Source: a virus. Taken from it: 64,000 nucleotides of DNA. The first letter of the stretch is position 1, and the number at the start of each line of letters is the position of its first letter. Positions 27,911-35,636 of the stretch are shown here, one piece after another. Below the pieces are notes generated by a model, which saw nothing but the letters and a program-made list of their open reading frames with translations, made no database searches and was not told where the DNA came from. A program made the position numbers and the translations under genes. Location of the stretch: positions 56,702 through 120,701 of the IMG/VR virus record IMGVR_UViG_3300042880_000288; one strand, given 5' to 3'.

Positions 27911-29296
27911 TCATTCAGTTCCAATACAGGAATACCGTGCAGTGTCCACAGTATCAAGCATCAATTGAATGGGAGAATAAATCTCACCTTTCAATATACC
28001 CTTCAATACAGAAGGACTGAAGCCTGATACCAAACCAATGCCTGAATCATTAACAGATGCAGGAACATTACCAAGTCTACCGTTCACATTCCAAAATACT
28101 ATCTCAGGCATTTTATATCCTGCATCAGAATATTTTGCCCTAATAGAATCTAGGTTAGTAACACCTTGACATGCACTATCAAACTCCATATCACTAATGA
28201 TAAGAAGTTTAGTAGGCATCTCAGACTCAGGTAATGATTCTCTAATAGCACTATTAAGAATCAAGTCAAATGTGGCTTGAAGATTAGTAGAATAACCCCA
28301 GTCTGCTCTCTGTAACTGTCTCATTCTCTGTGACAAACTACCTGATAGGTAATTCATTTCAGGTCTCTCTGAGAAAGTCAAGAAAGCATCCTTGAATATA
28401 CCTTTATTTCTTTCAGAGATATAAATCCCTAAAGAAACAGATACATCCATAGGAAGACCTTCCATACTACCACTAACATCACATACAGGAATAATCCTTT
28501 CTGTACTATCAGCCATATAGTCTGGTAAAGCATCCCATTGAGCTTCTACTGCACTAGCATCATCTCCCTTTTTAATTGCTTGATACAATTGGTGAGGGAA
28601 TAATACTCCTGCATTAATCTTCTGTTTGCCATCTTGAACATCAGAAATATACTGCAAATATCTTTGACCATCACGGCTGATAAATGCATTTCTGTGTTTG
28701 TTCATAGCTACTGAAGGAACCTGACCATAACTGATCTTGTCCCATTCATTGGCACACATTTGAGTTTCCACTACTTTGGTCATTGACACAAGTTTCTTTC
28801 TGAACTCTTTAGGAGTTACATTAAGATACTTATGCATGGCACTAAACCATTTACCTTTTCTTGGAAACCATTTGGCTAAGAGGTTAGCATCAGGAGACTC
28901 TTCAAGTTGAGTATTTAACCAACTGAGATTATTCTCATTTGGATTCTCAATCTTGAATACATCCTTCCAATACCCAAACTTGGGTATATGTATAGCCAAT
29001 TGGTCATACTCATAAGCATTAGACTTACTAATATGTTCCATAACTATTTGGAAGAATCTTCTCTCACCTGCACCACCTCTTGCATCTCTTGACCAAAACA
29101 AGATCTTATAAGCTAAGTTCTTATTCTGACCAACAGCACGGTCAAAAGCAAGTATAATATCAGACTCTCTAATATTTCTACTTGCACCTGCTAGGAAGAA
29201 CAAATCAAGACAATAGTCTAAACTTGTTGAATGTGTAATAGCTCCATTAGCAGTTGTGGAGTTATACTGTCTTGTAGCATTTATTAATTTGCTCAT
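27911..29296 (-). CDS. TROVE/Ro60-like vWA protein (DUF2828-like)
   Basis: TTANGA, RDARGGAGER, GYWKD, AKWFPR, VPSVAM; C-terminal vWA MIDAS DVSGSM, SDMEFD, FWNVNG; likely start MSKLINA at 29296. Confidence 0.85.
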   Translation of the reverse strand: MSKLINATRQYNSTTANGAITHSTSLDYCLDLFFLAGASRNIRESDIILAFDRAVGQNKNLAYKILFWSRDARGGAGERRFFQIVMEHISKSNAYEYDQLAIHIPKFGYWKDVFKIENPNENNLSWLNTQLEESPDANLLAKWFPRKGKWFSAMHKYLNVTPKEFRKKLVSMTKVVETQMCANEWDKISYGQVPSVAMNKHRNAFISRDGQRYLQYISDVQDGKQKINAGVLFPHQLYQAIKKGDDASAVEAQWDALPDYMADSTERIIPVCDVSGSMEGLPMDVSVSLGIYISERNKGIFKDAFLTFSERPEMNYLSGSLSQRMRQLQRADWGYSTNLQATFDLILNSAIRESLPESEMPTKLLIISDMEFDSACQGVTNLDSIRAKYSDAGYKMPEIVFWNVNGRLGNVPASVNDSGIGLVSGFSPSVLKGILKGEIYSPIQLMLDTVDTARYSCIGTE

Positions 29297-29340
29297 ATAT
29301 AAAAAGATTAATTGGTTACTAATTTGGTTTAGGTGTGTAT

Positions 29341-29490
29341 CTAACAATACAGATACACACCATTCTCTTTACCTTGAAACATTACTGTTTCACCTTTCTT
29401 TCTATAGCCAACAACTTGTTGAAACATATAGACTGGAACATCATACTCTAACTTATAGAATACATCTTTGAACTCTTTGAAAGTAATCAT
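29341..29490 (-). CDS. 49-aa hypothetical protein
   Basis: Read manually: MITFKEFKDVFYKLEYDV...GVYLYC; its upstream leader duplicates that of the TROVE-like gene. Confidence 0.5.
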   Translation of the reverse strand: MITFKEFKDVFYKLEYDVPVYMFQQVVGYRKKGETVMFQGKENGVYLYC

Positions 29491-29571
29491 ATAAAAAGAT
29501 TAATTGGTTGTTATTTTAATTGTGGGAAGGCACCTGCCCCCTTTTCAAGAGGCAGGCTTGTGGTGCATAAC

Positions 29572-29842
29572 AGAATACTATCTAAAACCTGCCTATCTAG
29601 TAGACAACAGAGTACCTTCCCGGGTTAAGTCCTATTAGGACTTTTTCTGTTATTTGTTGTTTTAGATTGTGTGCTGAAGTATTCTTTACACCAAAATGAC
29701 GGGCTACTATTTTACTTTATCCTTATAAAAGTTTAATAGTGCTGAAGTAGCCCTTAAAGAGTTGGTCTAGACAGAATACAGTTAACCAATTTATCTAATA
29801 TATGTAGAAGTTGATGTGCTGTATGTATTCTTTAAAGACCAA
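29572..29842 (-). ncRNA. Array of three bulged stem-loops (candidate Y-RNA-like ncRNAs)
   Basis: 7-bp stems (AGAATAC/GTATTCT, GGGCTAC/GTAGCCC, AGAATAC/GTATTCT), each with a one-sided (T/TA)(T/A)CAGCAC-type bulge; strand inferred. Confidence 0.6.
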
Positions 29843-30185
29843 TGTATGTTTAGCTATATTATATTTGTTATATATTAAGATATATAAAAGATAGTATATA
29901 GTTTAAGGTAAAGAAAGTATAGAAGGTTTAAGTATCCATTATACATACACTTATACCTATAACACTGTTTACACGCGTGAGGATTATACTTTCAGACCAC
30001 AATGTTATTCATACTATAACTTTTATAGTAATATTAACAGTGTCAGACCAACAATATAATCAAATCAAGTTATGAGAGGTTTAATCAAAAGCTGTGAAAC
30101 ATATTAAAACCAAAAAGAATTAAACTGCACTCAAAAAAATAAAACCCTACACATCCCGTGTAAGGTTTTATCCGCAAGGTTCCCC

Positions 30186-30527
30186 CTACACTGACATCTC
30201 TGTGATATCAGATAGAGAGAAGGAAGCAACTGTGTCAACAGTCCCCTTGTTGTGAACACACCAACCTTTAACAAGTAATCCTGTTTCAGGGTTAGTGCCT
30301 TCCAACCAAGAAACAACTAGGTCTCTTGCATTGGTTCCGTCAACCACATTGTCACCTTTGCTGTTCTCTACCTTTGAAGATAGAATTGCAGTGGTGCTTT
30401 TGCTGTCCTTAAATGCTACCCACATTGATTTGCCACTCTTGCTTTTATTGATGTCCAAATTTTGGGCACTAATAGATTGCATAAATGAAACTAAACTCTG
30501 TGTTTGGGAAAATGTTGTCTGTGACAT
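30186..30527 (-). CDS. Early-region hypothetical protein
   Basis: 113 aa, preceded by the motif, followed by a hairpin at ~30138-30170. Confidence 0.7.
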   Translation of the reverse strand: MSQTTFSQTQSLVSFMQSISAQNLDINKSKSGKSMWVAFKDSKSTTAILSSKVENSKGDNVVDGTNARDLVVSWLEGTNPETGLLVKGWCVHNKGTVDTVASFSLSDITEMSV

Positions 30528-30650
30528 ATAACATTAATTTAAGGGGTTAATAACTAAAACAAGTTTTGAGAGGTTAAAAATTAAAAGCTGTCCGAAGGAC
30601 ATATTAAAACTGTGAGTATAAAAAAGAAAAGAGCATTACTGCTCTAATCT

Positions 30651-30947
30651 TTAATAATCCAAATCTCCCGGTTGAGAGGCAAAGAACTCTTCAGTGTCTT
30701 CAAGTGGATGGTCAATGAGCCACTGATTGATTTCTTCAGATGTCATATAACCTGTTGGGTCATACATATTCTTGGTGTCCCACATTTCAAATGTTCTAAC
30801 TCCATCACCGTGTAAACCAAACCCACCACCAACAATACTTATCATATTGTCATTAACATCATTAAGTTCATATAAATACTGAACTGCTCCCGGAATACAG
30901 TGATGTATTTTTTTACTAAAGTCATCAGGAAATTTAAGTGTTTTCAT
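30651..30947 (-). CDS. Early-region hypothetical protein
   Basis: 98 aa, motif plus terminator. Confidence 0.7.
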   Translation of the reverse strand: MKTLKFPDDFSKKIHHCIPGAVQYLYELNDVNDNMISIVGGGFGLHGDGVRTFEMWDTKNMYDPTGYMTSEEINQWLIDHPLEDTEEFFASQPGDLDY

Positions 30948-31013
30948 AATAAATGATTTAAAGTTTAAAAAAAGTATTGAGAGGTTTTTAAAAAAAAGAA
31001 AAGGGCAACTGCC

Positions 31014-31223
31014 CTAATCCCAACTTAATCCAAATAACTCTTGTTTTAAATTGTCAACTTTAAACCTAATGTCATCTATATCTTTGTCTAACAAATGTCT
31101 AATCTCTGTTTTAGTCAGAGAGTCTCCGTGTTTCAGGATATTTAATCCATCAAGTTCTTCAATCAAATTAATGAGTTCATTGTCATTAATTGGTGCAATA
31201 AGCAAAATTACTGTTCTAATCAT
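31014..31223 (-). CDS. Early-region hypothetical protein
   Basis: 69 aa, motif plus terminator. Confidence 0.65.
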   Translation of the reverse strand: MIRTVILLIAPINDNELINLIEELDGLNILKHGDSLTKTEIRHLLDKDIDDIRFKVDNLKQELFGLSWD

Positions 31224-31279
31224 CTTTTCAAAATTTAAAGTTAAAACAAGTATTGAGAGGTTTAAAAAACAAAAGAGGG

Positions 31280-31447
31280 TTAATACCCTCCTTCATTCAT
31301 TTGATCTTCAGCTTGGCTTACTAATCTCTCTACATAGTTTTGAAAGAGTTGTCTTCTAGCTTGTAACTTAAGTTGCTCTGCTTCTAGTTCTTCAATCTGC
31401 TGATTTAATAATTCAATTTCATCAAACAATACTTGTGTCTTTTCCAT
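31280..31447 (-). CDS. 55-aa coiled-coil early protein
   Basis: Read manually: MEKTQVLFDEIELLNQQIEELEAEQLKLQARR...; motif upstream, terminator at its stop. Confidence 0.65.
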   Translation of the reverse strand: MEKTQVLFDEIELLNQQIEELEAEQLKLQARRQLFQNYVERLVSQAEDQMNEGGY

Positions 31448-31507
31448 GATATTTTATTTAAAGTTAAAACTAGTTATGAGAGGTTTAATTAAAAAAAGAT
31501 AACCCTT

Positions 31508-31762
31508 TTACAGGTTATCTACATTGATTAATGAATCAAGTTGTGAGTACTTGCCACCATATACTCTATGAGTGTCATAGTTCTCAATCCAAATTGAGTC
31601 CTCACTTACTTCAAGATAATATTCAATGTCAATGTTACCACCAACATCTCTATAATCTTTTACAGGTTCATCTGATTTTGCAACCAAATATCCCATTACA
31701 AATCCTGATGCAATTACACCTAGTGCAATACATACTGCTGCTACCATTTCTCTTTTTGTCAT
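31508..31762 (-). CDS. Early-region membrane-anchored protein
   Basis: 84 aa, N-terminal TM segment. Confidence 0.65.
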   Translation of the reverse strand: MTKREMVAAVCIALGVIASGFVMGYLVAKSDEPVKDYRDVGGNIDIEYYLEVSEDSIWIENYDTHRVYGGKYSQLDSLINVDNL

Positions 31763-31815
31763 AAGTTTATATTTAAAACAAGTAATGAGAGGTTTATTAA
31801 AAAAGAAAAACCTGA

Positions 31816-32010
31816 TTACTCAGGTTTAATTAGTATCTCATAATTGAGATATTTTTCTCCAACAGGTGTTATTCTGTGTTTGATGTATCTCCTTTCAGTT
31901 ATTAATTGGTTAATTAATACTTGAATTTGTACAGCAGTAAAGAATCCTGTTGATTTATCAGGTGTTAATTGTGTTAAATCAACAGTGATAATTTTAAATT
32001 TGAAGCTCAT
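31816..32010 (-). CDS. Early-region hypothetical protein
   Basis: 64 aa, motif plus terminator. Confidence 0.65.
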   Translation of the reverse strand: MSFKFKIITVDLTQLTPDKSTGFFTAVQIQVLINQLITERRYIKHRITPVGEKYLNYEILIKPE

Positions 32011-32068
32011 AAGATTAAGATTTAAAGTTAAACTAAGTTATGTGAGGTTTATTAAATAATAAAGGGAG

Positions 32069-32269
32069 TTATATAACCCCCTTATTGTATGCAGCTGCAA
32101 TTGTCTTTGGATCTACATAGAACTTCTTAACTTGGAAATCCATAGCAGGTGGAACCAGCCTTATATATTCAAGAGCTTGTGCAGCAGCTTGCCTTGGATT
32201 AGGAGTTGTTGGTAGTTCATGAACAGGATTGCCAAAGTAATCTAAGATAACAGAATAAAATAAATACAT
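32069..32269 (-). CDS. Early-region hypothetical protein
   Basis: 66 aa, motif plus terminator. Confidence 0.65.
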   Translation of the reverse strand: MYLFYSVILDYFGNPVHELPTTPNPRQAAAQALEYIRLVPPAMDFQVKKFYVDPKTIAAAYNKGVI

Positions 32270-32354
32270 AATATTAAATTTAAAGTTAAGTCAAGTCATG
32301 TGAGGTTTTTTCTGTAGCAAATATTTTTCAATCACACTATATATATGAGATAAG

Positions 32355-32430
32355 CTTGCCACAGCTGATAGGGGGTACCACCCTGCAGCCAGCCGGTGGG
32401 GGCCAGCTTATATAGGACCCACCACTAGCT
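32355..32430. other. GC-rich inverted-repeat island at the strand switch
   Basis: GCTG..AGGG-GGTACCA-CCCT..CAGC and GGTGGG..CCCACC; non-coding, between divergent gene blocks. Confidence 0.6.
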
Positions 32431-32465
32431 CTTATTTACAACATTTTAAATTCCAAAAAAAATTT

Positions 32466-32473
32466 TATATTTG
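32466..32473 (+). promoter_or_regulatory. Bacteroidota sigma-A -7 element TAnnTTTG
   Basis: TATATTTG; the same 8-mer occurs intergenically at 33564, 33658, 41534 and 29860. Confidence 0.5.
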
Positions 32474-32477
32474 TCTT

Positions 32478-32921
32478 ATGAAAAAGTATGACATGGGTAA
32501 GTACATACTCTTTGCTGGAGAGAATGCTACTAAGATATTTGACTACTATAAAGTAGATGAAATGCATGGTTTAAACAGAAAGGATGCCCAGGCAGAAGAA
32601 GTAGACAAGACTAAAGGTAATGGGGTTTATATGTATGGGTGGACTAACTATGATCCAGCTGATAAAAAGCTTACTGGTAAGAAGCCATATCTCCCTTTTC
32701 TGTTTATTAACCTAGGTGCATTTAAAAGGTACAGTACTACAGAGAAAGCTACAGCAGTTATGCATGAAACTATGCATATGAGTATTCTCTTGAACAACTG
32801 GAACATCAAAGATAAAGAAGAAGAGGTTATTACTTTTGCTGAAGATGAAGCTAATAAGATTATTGATATACTAGGATTTGAAACAAAAGAACAACCTAAG
32901 AAAGGATTCTTCAAAAAATAA
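32478..32921 (+). CDS. Putative zinc metallopeptidase-like protein
   Basis: HETMH (HExxH) plus downstream EEE. Confidence 0.6.
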   Translation: MKKYDMGKYILFAGENATKIFDYYKVDEMHGLNRKDAQAEEVDKTKGNGVYMYGWTNYDPADKKLTGKKPYLPFLFINLGAFKRYSTTEKATAVMHETMHMSILLNNWNIKDKEEEVITFAEDEANKIIDILGFETKEQPKKGFFKK

Positions 32922-32924
32922 CAT

Positions 32925-33557
32925 ATGGCATATATAGAACATAACTTCTTTCCTCTGAAAGTATTTGTTAGGAATGAGTACATGTATCAACATCAAAAGG
33001 GTCAAGGTGAATTTACACCTGGGGTAGTAATATCTGTTAGATGTATGCCGGGACAGGCTGCATTGTTTCAAGTGCTGTTAGAGAACGGAGTACTTAGGGA
33101 CAAGTTACCCTCCCATGCTCTACTGACAGAACCTGAACTTCCAGATCCAGATTTACCATTTCATTATCTGCAGATATGGAATTGTTTTTCTTATAACTTT
33201 ACCTTAATCCATCTATCATATCTTTATGATACTCCCGTACAGGTTTACATGAAGGATAAAAAGTTCTACCCTGGAAAATATTATGCTACAATTAACTGGG
33301 GTTCTAATGATCCTAACACAGATCTATCTCTAGCAGAAGATCCATTGGAGCATAAGTCACATCATATTATTCTTTTAGACAATGGGCAAATAGCTCTGCA
33401 ACCTAACAACCGTATTAAATGGTCTGAACCTTCATTTGTAACTAAGCCATTTCCAGAGAAGCCTGATTATCTAGTAAACAAAGACTGGTATAATTGTGAA
33501 GGATTTGAAAAATGGCAGACAGAAGATTCTGATAGAATGTTTTATGATAACGAATAA
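32925..33557 (+). CDS. Conserved hypothetical phage protein
   Basis: 210-aa ORF MAYIEHNFFPLKVFVRNEY... Confidence 0.75.
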   Translation: MAYIEHNFFPLKVFVRNEYMYQHQKGQGEFTPGVVISVRCMPGQAALFQVLLENGVLRDKLPSHALLTEPELPDPDLPFHYLQIWNCFSYNFTLIHLSYLYDTPVQVYMKDKKFYPGKYYATINWGSNDPNTDLSLAEDPLEHKSHHIILLDNGQIALQPNNRIKWSEPSFVTKPFPEKPDYLVNKDWYNCEGFEKWQTEDSDRMFYDNE

Positions 33558-33608
33558 TTTTATTATATTTGCATAGTTCATATTATAAGTTTATTTGATT
33601 AATGCTAG

Positions 33609-33637
33609 AGACCCTGGAAATTTTTCCGGGGTTTTTA
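33609..33637 (+). terminator. Intrinsic terminator
   Basis: ACCCTGGAA/TTCCGGGGT plus T-tract. Confidence 0.65.
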
Positions 33638-33689
33638 GTTTAAACAAAAAAAGTTTTTATATTTGCTATCACTAAGTTTATTATATGAA

Positions 33690-33983
33690 ATGACTGATCA
33701 GCAAAAAAAGTTATGGTTGCATGTTGCAGAAAAAACAGGATCTAACTTAGAAGCTAGAATGGTATATGATGAGCTGATAAAAATACTTGATATGGAAAAA
33801 GATACAGTAATTGTCTCTATCACAGAAACAGACGGAGGATTAGAAGTAAGAGTTAATGAAGGGGCTTATGGTAATGCCCATATCATAGGTATATTAGAAA
33901 GAATTAAATTCACTTTATTAAGTGAAGAACCAGTTAGTATGGAAAAATTGCCAGTGCAAACAGAGCAAAAGTATGATGCGTAA
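33690..33983 (+). CDS. Hypothetical protein
   Basis: Likely ATG start MTDQQKK at 33690, in the same frame as ORF 33663. Confidence 0.65.
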   Translation: MTDQQKKLWLHVAEKTGSNLEARMVYDELIKILDMEKDTVIVSITETDGGLEVRVNEGAYGNAHIIGILERIKFTLLSEEPVSMEKLPVQTEQKYDA

Positions 33984-34001
33984 ATTTTAAAAACCAACAA
34001 T

Positions 34002-34298
34002 ATGAGTAAATCATTTAAAAAACTAAGAGGTCGAACAATTTTATTGAGTGTGCCTGAAAGAAAAAAGTCTTCTATTGAACTATCTATTAAAGATGAGGAA
34101 GCATTAATGCAAGAAGCTGCTAAGCTTTGGAGTAAACTTACAGTTTTTGCTATAGGAGATAAAGTAGAAGAAGTAGCCGTAGGTGATCAAGTATATGTAA
34201 GAACTTCTGCTCTTAACATGGAAACTGTAGAAAGAGTAGAGATTGATGGTGAAATCAAGTTAGTTCTTAATGAAGGTGACGTAATTATAGTATGGTAA
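34002..34298 (+). CDS. groES: GroES/Cpn10-like co-chaperonin
   Basis: KLRGRTILL...TVFAIGDKV..VAVGDQVYV...EIDGE..LVLNEGDVI. Confidence 0.75.
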   Translation: MSKSFKKLRGRTILLSVPERKKSSIELSIKDEEALMQEAAKLWSKLTVFAIGDKVEEVAVGDQVYVRTSALNMETVERVEIDGEIKLVLNEGDVIIVW

Positions 34299-34301
34299 GT
34301 T

Positions 34302-34667
34302 ATGAAAAATAATTTATATAAAGCATGTACTCGTAGTGATAAACAATCTCCATATAGAAATATAGCAGATGATATTTATGGAAAGGACACTAACCTTTAT
34401 AAACCATCTTGTCCTACAGCAGAAGAAATAGACTGGAACAAAAGAGTTGTAAACTTAGGTGAAGGACCAAGACCAGATTATTATGGCGGTAAGGATAATC
34501 CATATGAAGTATTTCAAGTATTAGAAGCTTGGGGACTTGACAAAGACTTTTATCTAGGCAATGTTATAAAATATCTTGCACGATCAGGCAAGAAAAATAT
34601 ATTAACACAAAAAGAGGATTTACAAAAAGCTTTAGTATATTTACAAAAAAGAATTGATTCCTTATGA
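34302..34667 (+). CDS. DUF3310 family protein
   Basis: PDYY...EVFQV...FYLGNVIKYLARSGKK...EDLQKALVYL. Confidence 0.8.
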   Translation: MKNNLYKACTRSDKQSPYRNIADDIYGKDTNLYKPSCPTAEEIDWNKRVVNLGEGPRPDYYGGKDNPYEVFQVLEAWGLDKDFYLGNVIKYLARSGKKNILTQKEDLQKALVYLQKRIDSL

Positions 34668-34861
34668 TGATAAAACTTATAGCTTTTGCAATTGGATTAA
34701 TAGTCTTAGGATTTTTATTCTTAGTAAATAATGCTATGAGTAAACCCATATACAACAAAATGTCTAATGTATGGGAAGATGATCCAGAAGGTAGAAAATA
34801 TGCTAACATAACTATAGTAGCAATGATGTTTATTTCATTTTTTATGGGACTTATGTTTTAA
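34664..34861 (+). CDS. Small membrane protein
   Basis: Two TM segments. Confidence 0.6.
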   Translation: MMIKLIAFAIGLIVLGFLFLVNNAMSKPIYNKMSNVWEDDPEGRKYANITIVAMMFISFFMGLMF

Positions 34862-34884
34862 CCCTGCAACTCTCCAAACGAAAA

Positions 34885-34916
34885 GATCCTCAGAAATTTA
34901 TCTGAGGATTTTTTTT
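34885..34916 (+). terminator. Intrinsic terminator
   Basis: ATCCTCAGA/TCTGAGGAT plus T-tract. Confidence 0.75.
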
Positions 34917-34930
34917 ATTCAAATTTTTTT

Positions 34931-34941
34931 TGTATATTATA
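34931..34941 (+). promoter_or_regulatory. Putative late promoter motif TGTATATTATA
   Basis: Similar intergenic motif before operon starts at ~49498, ~57288 and ~62576. Confidence 0.4.
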
Positions 34942-34962
34942 GTGTAATTAAAATTTTATATC

Positions 34963-35214
34963 ATGGGAGCTTTACCAGAATTTGAAAATGTAGATAATGC
35001 TAGATCTACGATGCCTGAGTATAAATCAAAACTTACTCAGATGTACCAGTACCTTAACAGGTCGGTAAATAAGTTTTTCTTTGATTGGGGTTACAAACTT
35101 GCACAGACAAGAGTATATGCCAATAATGCTGCTGCTATTACTGCAGGATTAAAAAGAGGAGATTGGTATGTATCAGTATCAGGAACTGACTTAGTAGTAA
35201 AAATTGTTCAATAA
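34963..35214 (+). CDS. Hypothetical structural protein
   Basis: 83-aa ORF at the start of the tail block. Confidence 0.65.
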   Translation: MGALPEFENVDNARSTMPEYKSKLTQMYQYLNRSVNKFFFDWGYKLAQTRVYANNAAAITAGLKRGDWYVSVSGTDLVVKIVQ

Positions 35215-35229
35215 TTAAAACTAATAGTC

Positions 35230-35586
35230 ATGGCAGATTTAACAAGTGGGTTAACTATAAATAATGCATCCGGTGCAGTGTATAGAACCTCTAGAGTAGC
35301 TTTAAATGATGGAAACATTAAAGCTAAAGAATTAAGTAATTTACTTCAAAAACTAATTAGTGTTGGAATTTATGAATCACTTGAAGAAGCTATTTTAGCA
35401 GAAGTTCCAGCTGGAACATTTGTGGTTATAGATGATCCTAACACTGACATAAGAGAATTTACTGTTGAAATGGTACCTTCTTATGTTATTGAATTAAAAG
35501 AAGATTTCAAAGAACGTGAAGAACTTTTAAAGAGACAAGCTGCAGAAAATGTAGCTAAAATTCAAGAAGATTTAGTTTCTGAATAA
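35230..35586 (+). CDS. Hypothetical protein
   Basis: 118-aa ORF. Confidence 0.65.
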   Translation: MADLTSGLTINNASGAVYRTSRVALNDGNIKAKELSNLLQKLISVGIYESLEEAILAEVPAGTFVVIDDPNTDIREFTVEMVPSYVIELKEDFKEREELLKRQAAENVAKIQEDLVSE

Positions 35587-35596
35587 GTATTAATTT

Positions 35597-35623
35597 GTGC
35601 AGCCCCTAGTGGGCTGTACTTTT
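35597..35623 (+). terminator. Intrinsic terminator
   Basis: GTGCAGCCC/GGGCTGTAC plus TTTT. Confidence 0.65.
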
Positions 35624-35636
35624 AAAAATTAAAGCT

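Larger units (their letters stand above)
30067..32308 (-). promoter_or_regulatory. Eight copies of a 16-nt motif, consensus AAACCTCWCAWNACTT (putative phage early promoter/leader)
   Basis: Copies at 30067, 30561, 30972, 31248, 31471, 31780, 32035, 32293; seven lie ~20-45 nt upstream of a short ORF, and most lie just downstream of a terminator. Confidence 0.8.

Noticed and set aside
30131-30316. 61-aa minus-strand ORF overlapping 30186-30527
   Set aside because: Alternative frame with a non-ATG-like context inside a better-supported cassette ORF.
30067-32308. CRISPR or satellite interpretation of the 16-nt motif
   Set aside because: Copies are degenerate, irregularly spaced 220-500 nt apart, and sit upstream of ORFs.
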